A DNA stretch of 63,922 nucleotides, the filler included, from Diploschistes diacapsis (taxonomy: Eukaryota): the NCBI GenBank assembly GCA_023645945.1. It is 10 parts of 10 records of this genome, joined end to end, with 100 filler letters (N's around TTAATTAATTAA, not from the genome) between each part and the next. Parts side by side here need not be neighbours in the genome. Positions count along the whole stretch, not along the records: positions 29,157 to 55,621 come from JALAIB010000179.1; positions 55,722 to 59,772 come from JALAIB010001790.1; positions 59,873 to 63,922 come from JALAIB010001791.1; 7 more parts are not named here. The stretch is one strand, 5' to 3'. A model generated the notes under the pieces. It was not told the DNA's origin, searched no databases, and saw nothing but the letters and a program-made list of their open reading frames with translations. Below, piece by piece: positions 50,118 through 60,771 of this stretch. A program made the translations under genes and the position numbers. Position 1 is the stretch's first letter, and every line of letters begins with the position of its first letter.

Positions 50118-52550
50118 CTACCAAGTAGACGGCCCAAAGGTCTTTCCCTCGGGCACAATGTTCTGTACCGCAGCGCCCTGGAAGTCGAGCGTCGTGACCA
50201 TGACGTTGTTGCCCCACCAGTCCGGCGGGTTCGCCGCGGTAAGCTGGAGCGCGAGGAAGATCAGGATGGTGCTGATGGCCAGGCCGCAGTCGAGACCGGC
50301 GGAAGTGACGTAGTTGTAGTGACTCCACCAGCCGCGGTAGCGGTTCTTGATGACCTTGTTGAACACGAATCCGACGACGCCCCAGGACGTGTAGTTGATG
50401 GTGGTCGCCGGCGGGATCATGCCGGACCCGCCGAAGATGAGCGGCACGTTGACGTAGCGGAACTGGCTCTTGGGGAACATGCGGGCCAGCAGGTAGAAGA
50501 TGGGCGGGCCCAGGGCGCCGGCGATGAAAAAGTACATGAGCCCGTTGTAGATCTGGCCGGCGCCGAAGATGCGCTGCGGGCCGATCAGACCCCAGATGAC
50601 GGAAGCGTTGAAGAAGACGCGACCGCCGGGGCAGGTGTAGTGGTTGACCTGCTCCGGGTCGCAGATGTCGGCGACGGAGCCAAAGGCCCAGTTCAGCACG
50701 GCGATCTGCACGACGCAGGACCACACGGTGGCGACGACCTGGCCGGCGAAGAGCGTCCGGGGCGGGACCTTGATGTAGTGACCCATCTTCAGGTCGGAGG
50801 CGAAGGCGAGCGCCTGCGCCATGGCGATGTAGCCGTACGTCTTGAACATCATCATCGCGAGGGGCCGCCCGGGCTGCATGTACCCGATGATGAACTCGGT
50901 GATGACGTTGAGGCCCAGCTGGATGTTGGTGATGGCCTGGACCATGCCGATGGGGATGCAGAAGACGCCGGCGATGATCAGGGAGACGATGAGCGCCCAC
51001 CAGGTGAGGTGGGTGTCCCACGCAAGGGCGGTGGCGAGCGAGAAGCCGAACATGATGAGGAAGGTGATGGCGTACCACCACCAGGGAGCCTCGGGATACT
51101 TGCGCATCATCTTTGTGTGCACGTCGGGTTCTTCGCCGAGGGACAGCCTGGCGCGCACCCAGATCTCTTGGCCGTGGAAGAGGACGGTGTGGGTGATCAG
51201 GGCGAGGATGGTGGCGAAGGAGAGACCGTACGTCAGGGCAAAGGTGGTGGAGAGGAAGAGGGGCGAGTATTGCTGGTAGGCGTTCAGGTCGAGCTCGAAC
51301 TCGGGCGTCAGGATGCGCGACACGTTGTACACGTTGCCCGTGTTGTCGTAGCTGCTGCTGGTGGACATTGGCAGGTAGGTGCCGAAGCCCCAGTTGCTGT
51401 AGTGCAGACCGGCGGACGTGACCATGAAGAAGAGAACGACGCCGATGAGCGTGTTGGCGATGGCGTGCCACGGGAACATCAGGGGCGAGAGGGTGAAGCC
51501 GGTGATCTGGGTCCAGTCGAAGGTGATGGGGATCAGACCGAGTCCGCTGGTGTACCCGAACAGCTGGTTGACGACGACGTTGTTGGGTGCGATCCAGGTG
51601 GCGAAAGCAAAGTACGAAAGCGCCTGGAAGATCCAGCCCGGGAAGAAGTACCAGCAGAAGGAGCAGCAGAAAACGATCAGGAAGTACCAGTAACGACCGA
51701 TGCGCCATCCGTTCGTCTTGCTCGGGTCGGTCGCGGAGTGGTCGTGGAGGGCGTAGAAGAGCGTGGTGTTGACCAGGTTGGAGGGCCAGATCATGGATGC
51801 GGGCCATACCAAGAACTTGCGGAGCAGGCCAGCGAAACCGTAGCCGAGCATCTGCGTGGAAAGGGTGAGGAGAAGCTGGAACCCCCAGCCAAAGTCGTAG
51901 CCGTAGAAACCCTTCATGGCAACGATGGTGTCGGTCGAATACGCTGCGCCCCCAGTCCCAGAGTACGCGACGTTGGCCATGACGGTTATCAGCGTGTGCT
52001 CCTTCATGTTGAATTTTCCGGGGCACAGGAACTTTGGCATGACAAGATCCCATAAGCATCCGAACGGGTAGGCGACCAGCTGAGCGACGAAGGCGGTGAT
52101 GACGATGGAGGGGTTCCGGAGCGAGAACAGCATGTTCATCGCGGACCCGAGGGTCACCATGAGCATGCCGATGACCCAGGCGCGGATGGTGTTTGCAGGC
52201 ATTTCCTCGTCGTAGTTGCGGACGGCGGCGCGCACTTCGGGATACGGCGAGTCATTCTCAATCAGGTTGATGAGTTCGAGCTCGGCGGTGACGTCGTGGT
52301 CGGCGACAGCTCTGCTCATGCCCTCGTTGACGTCCGAGGACATATTCGGGTCCCATCTGTGCATCTTTTTGAGAAACTTGAGTTCCCTGTTGGCCTCCAC
52401 CTCCGACATGCGCCGGACCGAGCCATCAATGCCGGTCGACTTCTCGACGCCAGCGAGTCCTCCATCCTTCTCGTTGAATTCCTGCGAGGGCCGAGGGCTG
52501 ACCTCGGTGCCCTCCACCGTCTGTGTCTTCCTCCCGAACCCAAAAGGCAT
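50118..52550 (-). CDS. Oligopeptide transporter, OPT family (Isp4-like), intronless, about 810 aa
   Basis: SPYPEVRAAV signature, PGKFNMKEH, WPASMIWPSNL, DLKMGHYIKVPPR, FFNASVIWGLIGP; many TM segments. Confidence 0.96.
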   Translation of the reverse strand: MPFGFGRKTQTVEGTEVSPRPSQEFNEKDGGLAGVEKSTGIDGSVRRMSEVEANRELKFLKKMHRWDPNMSSDVNEGMSRAVADHDVTAELELINLIENDSPYPEVRAAVRNYDEEMPANTIRAWVIGMLMVTLGSAMNMLFSLRNPSIVITAFVAQLVAYPFGCLWDLVMPKFLCPGKFNMKEHTLITVMANVAYSGTGGAAYSTDTIVAMKGFYGYDFGWGFQLLLTLSTQMLGYGFAGLLRKFLVWPASMIWPSNLVNTTLFYALHDHSATDPSKTNGWRIGRYWYFLIVFCCSFCWYFFPGWIFQALSYFAFATWIAPNNVVVNQLFGYTSGLGLIPITFDWTQITGFTLSPLMFPWHAIANTLIGVVLFFMVTSAGLHYSNWGFGTYLPMSTSSSYDNTGNVYNVSRILTPEFELDLNAYQQYSPLFLSTTFALTYGLSFATILALITHTVLFHGQEIWVRARLSLGEEPDVHTKMMRKYPEAPWWWYAITFLIMFGFSLATALAWDTHLTWWALIVSLIIAGVFCIPIGMVQAITNIQLGLNVITEFIIGYMQPGRPLAMMMFKTYGYIAMAQALAFASDLKMGHYIKVPPRTLFAGQVVATVWSCVVQIAVLNWAFGSVADICDPEQVNHYTCPGGRVFFNASVIWGLIGPQRIFGAGQIYNGLMYFFIAGALGPPIFYLLARMFPKSQFRYVNVPLIFGGSGMIPPATTINYTSWGVVGFVFNKVIKNRYRGWWSHYNYVTSAGLDCGLAISTILIFLALQLTAANPPDWWGNNVMVTTLDFQGAAVQNIVPEGKTFGPSTW

Positions 52551-53318
52551 CTTGATGGCCCAGAGGAAGTTCAGGCAGGGCGAGTTCGAGTGTTGCGAAA
52601 CGGGACGAGAACAAAGAACAGGACAAAAGGCGAAAGAAGGGGGCAAGGGTGGGAGTTCTTGTACCGCGTATCTCCACGAGCTCGATCAGATCAGATAGAT
52701 TAGCGTAGGCCAAGAGGGCTGGACCCCGACTTCAGAACCTCCCCCCCGTATCAGTTTGGACGGACGTGGGTATCCCAAAGCGTGTGGATCTCTCGGACTG
52801 GCCTGATACAGAGTACGCTGGGTAGGGTGGGGAAATGCAATAGGTGGGTATTTGGTCTGAGATTGGGGCCCAGAAAGTGGTTCAAACCCTCTGGGAAAAC
52901 AAGCTGCAACCCTACTGGCCTGTTTGCGATTGGTGAGTGCAAATAATATCAGCAGTCGAGAATAACAAAAAGGATAAGAATGGAAAAAAAAAGTAGGAGG
53001 ATTGTTCCTCCGCACGAATACGGCCGCAACCGGGGGATTTTCCAGCCTGTTGTTCGTGCAGAGACTGGGAGAGTTTGTTTGCTCCGTGAATGCTTGGACG
53101 CCGTTATTCACCCACTGGCCCTTTCCCGAGCATTGTTCCGTATGTTAGATCACTTTTCCAATATTCACACCTCCTCAGTCCAGATGACTTTGAGCTTCCC
53201 GGTGCATCGTGGTGTCGCCTCCATTATTCTCCTGCCTCCACTTTGGATGTATAGTTGCTAGTGCACAGAGCAACCGAGCAGGCCAGTACCGATCGGGCAA
53301 GTTCTCTTGCTTCGCGTA

Positions 53319-53347
53319 TCATAGGCTCATAGGCTCATAGGCTCATA
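53319..53347. repeat. Short tandem repeat (TCATAGGC) x3-4 upstream of the OPT gene
   Basis: TCATAGGCTCATAGGCTCATAGGCTCATAG read directly. Confidence 0.8.
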
Positions 53348-54242
53348 GCGCGCGTATTGGTGGCCAGCTAATAGAAGTTAGGGAACCGAGGAGCTTCAAA
53401 ATCCCAATCCTGCCATTCCCCCCATTCCCCCCCCCTACCTCCTCCTTGGCCAATCGTGAAGGTGTTCTCAGCCGGCCAGCACCAACAGACCAGAAGTTCC
53501 AGGTTATTCTCAATTGGCTGAATAACTGCTGATGGGAGGCCTATCCACCTTCCAGAACGTAGGATGTACTGTTTGCAACCTGTTCGCTTGGCATCGTTTA
53601 GCACCAAGTTAAATTGTAAGCCATAAGGATAGGTGCAACCTCGCGAGCCACTCGATCTGGAGGCATGATAAGCTGGACATTCTCGAGACACTTCCAAGAG
53701 ACGGCTGGCCATGTGAAACCCGAGTTTTTGAGGACAATTTGCCTAGTTGCTACCGTTTGCAGACCCTTTTGGAGACGGAGTAAGGAAGGGGAAAAGTCCA
53801 TGTCAGTCTTTATCGCTGCTCAACTGTTAGCTCACCTCAGTCTCTTTAGCGCATTAATCATTTAAGGCTGTCTTCTATACTGTATTATACTGTACTGTAT
53901 AATCCAGCTACGCCGTCTTATCAAAGGCTTTACGTCACTTTCATATACTTCTTTGCTGGTCTGATTAACGACATCCTTCTCATTCGACCTTGCTTTACTG
54001 ATAGCGTCCCTCACTTCATATTAGCAAGAGTCTAAGAGCCAAGGGATGAGGCGATGGTCGTACTGTGCGGGTTATCGAGATAACTGAAGTAACTGTGGCA
54101 GCAGGCGTCATTGAATCCACCCGTCACAAGATGGATCGCCGCCCGAACAGAGACAGTGGCCACGTGCTCTTGCCGAGTCTTACGCGGCTTTGTCATATCG
54201 TACTGATTATTACCAAAGTCTGATAATGATAATGATAAGTTA

Positions 54243-54435
54243 ACGTATTCCACTAGTCAGTGACTAACACAAGTCAGTGACTCACTTGTATCTCTCATAC
54301 AAAAATACATGTGATGGTACTTAATTGTCGCTCTCCGCTCTCCACGTGATTATTACGTACCATCATATGTATTTTTGTATGAGAGGTACAAAGTGAGTCA
54401 CTGACTTGTGTTAGTCACTGACTAGTGGAATATGT
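54243..54435. mobile_element. MITE (193 bp), Fot1/pogo-type
   Basis: TA on both sides; about 78-bp near-perfect TIRs starting ACGTATTCCACTAGTCAGTGACT, each with a duplicated AGTCAGTGACT. Confidence 0.88.
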
Positions 54436-56288
54436 TATCTTTGTAAAACCGGCTTCATACAAGCATTGATCCCCGTAATGACGCTTTAAATACTGCCATA
54501 CTAGCATTCTTTAGTGGTGGCCAAGGTGGTGTTACTACCCCCACCTACTAACTACCCTGCATTGCGAGCCTGCTAACGCAAGTCGAAAACCTTGCACCAT
54601 CTTAAGTAGCATCATGCTGGCAACGGAACCGTCAACGGGAGGGCCACTTCTTGGTCTTTATCGTCTTGGCCTGCTTGGCCCCCTGCCGTGGCGTTTCCGG
54701 CCCCTCCCGCCTCTCCTCTCCTTCCGTACAACTACAATCAACTTCCGAGTATACAGAGTAACGGAGCACCCATACGTACGTAATATACAAACCAGCCCAA
54801 AACTTGGTCATCAGAATCATTCGAGCAGAGTACGGGGATAGCTATATATCCAACGCACCGGGACTGATACCGGTATCCGGCGAATACACCCACCCGAATC
54901 ACCTCTATATTACGTAGATACGTATGCACTTGGCTCCAAACACAACACATGAAACCTGCCCGACACAAACGCAAGGGGCTGCTAAAGAGCCTCAGATAAC
55001 TCCGCTTGATTTTCTCTTCTGTGCACAAGTATTTTGATTCACCCAGCGTAGCAGCTCAGGAAAGGACGCACAAGAACAAGGCACGCCCCCAGCCAACCCA
55101 CTCCCACATACATATACCATGTAACGATGCAGTAACGCCCGGGCCCCCCCTCCATCTTACATTTCAGGCTAACTTACCTACTAACAAATTCATTACACAT
55201 TACATACGTTGGTTATAATAATACAAACCCGGCACGAGAACCCTGTAGATACATACGCCCCAGAAAGCACCCGCTTTCTCTGCTCGCCCTTTCCTGCACT
55301 CGCTCGCTCATGCGCATGTGGCTCCTCGGCTTTTTTTTTCTTTTTCTTTTCCCCGCTCAAAGGTTCTTAAGGGTTGGGTACAGCTGGATGCAAAAGGGAT
55401 ATTGAGCGCGCATATGAAGGGGGGGATAAACAAGTTGGGTATTATGATGTGTGTATATATATATATATGTATGTATAAAGAGAGCGAGGGCGAGCGGAAG
55501 CAAAAAAACACAACCTTGCTGGTGCGAATAACCCGGGATTTGATATGGAGGTTAGTAGGGATTGGGAGATTGGGAGCTCCTCGCGAGAGCTTCCCATGTA
55601 ACCCAAAACCGTGCCATGCCANNNNNNNNNNNNNNNNNNNNNNNNNNNNNNNNNNNNNNNNNNNNTTAATTAATTAANNNNNNNNNNNNNNNNNNNNNNN
55701 NNNNNNNNNNNNNNNNNNNNNGCTGGTTATGGGTGCTGGGAGGGAGAAGAGTGGCGTGACCTGGTGAGGGAAGTAGGGGGTGGGACTGTTCAGAGTACAG
55801 GATGGAGGGTATTATCCTCCGCGACTTGAATTGTGTCTGCCGATGCTGAGTGGGCGCGTTTGCGCTGCGCCTTTACTAGTGGCAGCTCATCGGTAGATTG
55901 TTGCTTATTACAAATCCCAGGAATATACACCCAGCCTGCAGTGTATCGGTTATTTATTCACAACCTTGAGAGAAGTAAATATGAGGGGTAAGTAAGTGTT
56001 GAGTAAGATTGTTTGGCTTGTGCTATTATACTCCAATGCTTCGTTACTGTTCTAACCCCACCGCAGATCATTAAGAAATCCCTCGTGCCCCTCCAAGTCT
56101 AGTCCATCACCGCCGCAGTAGCTCATAAACCCTATCTCACCGTCCTTGGAAGCTGGCAGTATTGCAGGTGCTTATATATCTCTGCTTTATCCGGTTTGCT
56201 TCGCTGCGGAATTTACAAATCCCTCAACAATCTCTGATCTCTCTCGTCATCAAATTCTTACGCCCCGCTGCATACACTCAATACCAAG

Positions 56289-57037
56289 ATGCCACACAAC
56301 GTCCTCATAATCCTTACTTCCCACAGTAAGCTGGGCGATACCGGAAAACCCACCGGATGGTACCTGCCCGAGCTTGCCCATCCCTACTACGTCCTCAAAG
56401 GCGCGAACGCGAACCTGACCATTGCCTCACCTGCGGGAGGCAAGGCTCCCCTTGATCCCTCCTCGGTTGAAGCCTTCAAGGAAGATAAGGAATGCCAAGA
56501 CTTCTTGAAGGAAGAGCACCTCTGGGCCAACACGCAGAAGTTGTCCAACTTCGTCGGCAAAGCCAAGGACTTTGACGCCCTTTTCATCCCGGGTGGCCAC
56601 GGGCGTCAGTGTATTCTGCCCATATAGAGTTTGCAAGGCTGATTATCCACGCAGCAATGTTCGACCTTGCGACAGACGAAACCTCGCAGCGAATAATCCA
56701 AGAGTTCTACGAATCCGGCAAGATCGTCTCTGCCGTCTGCCACGGTCCCGCGGCGTTTGTGAACGTCAAGCTCTCCGACGGCTCGTCCTTGATCAACAAC
56801 GAGCCCGTCACGGCGTTTACGAACGCGGAAGAGGACCAGGCGGGTTTAACGAAGGTTATGCCGTTCTTGCTTGAGACGCAGCTGGGAAAGAACGGCGCAA
56901 AGTTTGAACAGGCGAATCCGTGGCAGGAGAAGGTCGTTCAGGCGGGCAAGGATGGCCGTCTGATCACAGGACAGAACCCAGCGAGTGCGAGGGGGATGGC
57001 GAAGGCGGTGTTAAAGGCGTTGGAGATGAACCAATGA
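56289..57037 (+). CDS. HSP31: DJ-1/PfpI family glutathione-independent glyoxalase (1 intron, about 56605-56654)
   Basis: TGWYLPELAHPY, PGGHG|PMFDL, SAVCHGPA (catalytic Glu/Cys/His), LITGQNPAS. Confidence 0.92.
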
Positions 57038-57194
57038 CGCACATCATTCAGGAAGCAATTGAATGAAAATGCGAGCAAATTAGTACAGAAGGAGATGCTG
57101 AATTTGCCCAGCGAAGCTTGGTTAAAGGGGTGAAACAGCTTAACAAAGTTGTAGGAACCCCCCTACTGGCGCCGGTATGCTCTGCCACCGCCAG

Positions 57195-57392
57195 CAACTA
57201 CTACTACTACCCTAGTGGAGCCGCCAGCGATCTCTGCCCCCGTCAGCTACCCTACCCCTACGGTTGCTACGCTACTGCTGCTGCTATTATTGATGCTATT
57301 ACTGGTACTGCTACTACTCCTGCTGCTGCTATTGTTACTATTATTATTACTGCTGTTACCCCTACTGCTGTTGCTACTATTACTACCACTAC
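57195..57392. repeat. Degenerate trinucleotide tract (CTA/CTG/TTA)
   Basis: CTACTACTAC...CTGCTGCTATTATTG...; produces spurious poly-Leu and Thr/Ala ORFs. Confidence 0.8.
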
Positions 57393-59477
57393 GAATCATA
57401 GTCATAACATGCACTTTAACTAAATTTTGGCTTGTGCTTCGGGAATTTCTCCGTCAAATCGAAAACCCACAATCCCATTTTTCTAAGAAAGCTATCTGGT
57501 TTCTTACCAATCTTAGAACGCATGTCTAGATTGCCTCTTCAACGGCTCAATCGTTTCTTATGCACTCACTACTATTATGGGAGCGCCTGTTAAATTGCTA
57601 GTGCATGCAAAGGCTCGCCTAAGCGTTTAACCTTCTGTTTGGCAGCATTTTTTGACAATGGCTTTCTCTTTATCCTCCTTTTGCCTGTACAAACGGAACC
57701 CGCATACGTCTCTGTGATTCGCCTCGATGATTTTATTCAGTAAGAGGTTGGGAACATACTGGTAAGGAAAGAGGTGGATGCAGCTTTCACGCTGAGCAAA
57801 AAGCTGTCTGTAGCCCTTTCCAAGGAATTACACAAGACACTCAAATTCGCCGAAATAGCTGAAAGCAGATAGACCAACGTGCTAAAAAAGCTTCGTGTGC
57901 TTTTGCGACCTGAATCAGTCAAAGATAGACTTTAGTGAGTTAGTATCTGGGATACAAGGAAACGTCACATCAGTCCCCCTTATCAGGTAAGCTGAATATC
58001 AGGCTGCAATGCAGTCCAACGGCCATCCAGCTCATCTGTCAAGCCAACTGCCTATCTGCCGTTGCTGCTTTCCTCGATGAACAATGGCAGTTGACCTACA
58101 AATCTGGCTAAGCGAGGTCTCACTGCGGGTACTGTCCGTCACTTCTTACAGCGTTCGCATGCTATGGACCTTTCTTGATGCTGTTCTCGACCGTCCATCA
58201 AATGCTGCGTCCACTCCGTTATGATCTTGTTGAAACATCACCGCCTCCCAGGCTCTCCGGTTGCGTCGTTACGGACTTCCAGGAAATTGCGATGGTAACA
58301 CTTTACAGGTCAAGAGTATGGCGGTATGTATCTCGACTGTAAGCTAGGTTGCGTTGATTCTTTGAGCTTAGTAAGATGCAGGTGAATTGCCTCGTGAGCA
58401 ATGAACCAGTCATGCGTCCACCCAAATTGCTTGCCCGTGCTTATGTGTAGTTGGCCAAGCCTATAGAGGGTGCTGATCTGCTTGAGAACACATTCCCATA
58501 CTAGACTAGAGAACGAAGGATTATCAAGGACTCCGACAGCGTAGAAGCTTTTACCACTGCCATAATATTGCAGGAGGAGACTGTCTGCAAGAAAATCCAG
58601 TCCTGCGAAAAGCCTTGAATAGTGGAGGAAGAAAGAAAAGTGAGGTTCCGCTCGAATCACTCCTTATCGAGAGACCTAAGTGTGTACAGCCTCTGACATA
58701 CGTCAACTGTTAGCGTGTCATTCATTTTCCTGCCTCAGCCTTCGCAAAAGGGAGTGAAGTGCGCTAACATTTTAGACCGCGCTGGAGGGTGTATTGACCA
58801 CCTCCCGCCAGTTCTTTCTTTCACCTCGTAACTGCTTCCATGCGTGTTGCCTCGATCACGTAAGAGACGAAACTTCTCGAGATCGAATGGGAAAAAAAGA
58901 ACTTGATTGGTTAAAAACACTCTTAGTACTCAAATAATAAAATATACCTACATGGTGTTCAGGAAGGAGAGATATATCCATACTGGGAGAAAGACTCCAG
59001 GAAAATGCACGTATTCTTAGAGACTTATCAGACGATTAGCCGAAGTTAAATGTTTTTCTGAGCATACAATGACTGGGTCACGGTTGAAGGATAAGTCGCC
59101 TAAGGTGTTGGATAACAAAACAAGCTCACTTTACAAGGCAGGTATTTAGTTACTATAGGAAATGGTTATTCTTATAACCCCGTGGACAGATGCAACCAAA
59201 GCATGCCATGCCAGAATCACGAACATAATGTTGGTAAAATATATGAACCAAATGTGCTTGATTCAAAATGTATACAGATATCCTGGTCAGTTTTGGCGTT
59301 CCTGACTGAACTGGAAAGATGAGAAAGGACCTTTAGCTTGGGGGAGGTAACCACATAAACTATTAGTATGGATTAACATGGCCTCCCACTACCGACAGAT
59401 TTTCTGAGAATTGCGGCATTGGGAATTCCATACCCGTATCTTTGGTGATCAAAAGATAAAACCCCGAGTTCATTGTA

Positions 59478-59675
59478 ACGTGTTTCACCACGAAACGGAA
59501 CACCCCACGAAGCGGAACACTACATTATAATGTAATTGCGCTAGATCGAGCGCTTCCATATTTGTACGAAGCTAAATCTGTTTTCAACTACACTACCCCG
59601 TTCTTCGGCCTTTTTTTGATTACATTATATGAGTGTTCCGCTTCGTGGGGTGTTCCGTTTCGTGGTGAATCACGT
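59478..59675. mobile_element. MITE (198 bp), Fot1/pogo-type
   Basis: TA on both sides; 44-bp TIRs ACGTGTTTCACCACGAAACGGAACACCCCACGAAGCGGAACACT with one mismatch, extending imperfectly to about 60 bp. Confidence 0.9.
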
Positions 59676-60771
59676 TAGAGGGTTGTTTCTTAGGACTTAC
59701 AGCGCTGAGTTATTACATAAGCTGACTACTTATTCCCCCTGCAGATAAAGGCCAGTCTGTAAAAGGAAAGGCNNNNNNNNNNNNNNNNNNNNNNNNNNNN
59801 NNNNNNNNNNNNNNNNTTAATTAATTAANNNNNNNNNNNNNNNNNNNNNNNNNNNNNNNNNNNNNNNNNNNNGTATATGGGTATATGGGTATAGGGGTGC
59901 AGGCGTGCAGGCGTGCAGGCGTGTATCCCTATTCTCTCTCTCTCCAGAGGTGCAAAGCGGATCGATGTGGGATGTGGGTGGGCCGGGTGAGAAGCAATAA
60001 GGATGCGCCACAACAGGCCAACAAGAATAGATAATAAATAATGGCAGCCAGCCAGCCAGCCAGCTGGTTCTTCCCCGGTCAAAACAAGCTACTTAAAGCT
60101 CCTACCAGCGCAAGGCTAGCAACGCCGCCAAGCAACTAAATCCTGCCTGTACCAGCAAGCCACTACTCCACACACATGTCCCCGTTCTCCGAAGCGAAAC
60201 GGACTTCAGCTTTTCAAGTGACATGGATGGATGATGCATCTTCCGTCGATGCGGCAACTCTGACGTTCCCCTTTGGAGTCGCCCATGTGTGCCGCTATCT
60301 CTAGATCAAGCTAGCATCTTACGCTTCGCCAGAGAATCTATATCTCTGCTATCGCCACCCCCACTAGATCCAAACCTTATCACCACTAGTCGCTTTCTAC
60401 CTGAATTAGGTGAACTCCCTCAGAATCTCCCTCCCTTCCCACTTTCTTCTTCCCAGCACACTCACTCATTGCGGTGGATCATGCGGCTGTCACTCATCTT
60501 CTCTTCTCTTCACTTCTCTTCTCCATCCTGCCCATAACTGTTCCTTTCAAAGTCGCCTTGAAACTAGACTTGGCATTCTGTATCTTTATTTTCCTGTGTA
60601 CAAGTTCCTTAGCCCCCCGTTTGAAATTGCCGGCTACCTATAGCTGCTTGCACTTTGCGCTCCTAGCAAATATAAGCTACCGCTACGCCAGACAAGCCCG
60701 ATTATTAGCCTTGGATTCTGCATTTTGTTCATCAATCGAAAGGACAGCTCTTGAAGAGCAACGTTTTACCC

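Noticed and set aside
50050..52059. 669-aa and 578-aa ORFs overlapping the OPT gene
   Set aside because: Shadow frames produced by high GC3; Arg/Pro- or Asp/Gly-biased with no recognisable motifs.
57118..57529. Poly-Leu 'membrane protein' ORFs
   Set aside because: Translations of a degenerate trinucleotide repeat.
57730..58900. Possible decayed gene on the plus strand (helical fragment EVGNILVRKEVDAAF...)
   Set aside because: Short and interrupted, with no motif I can assign.
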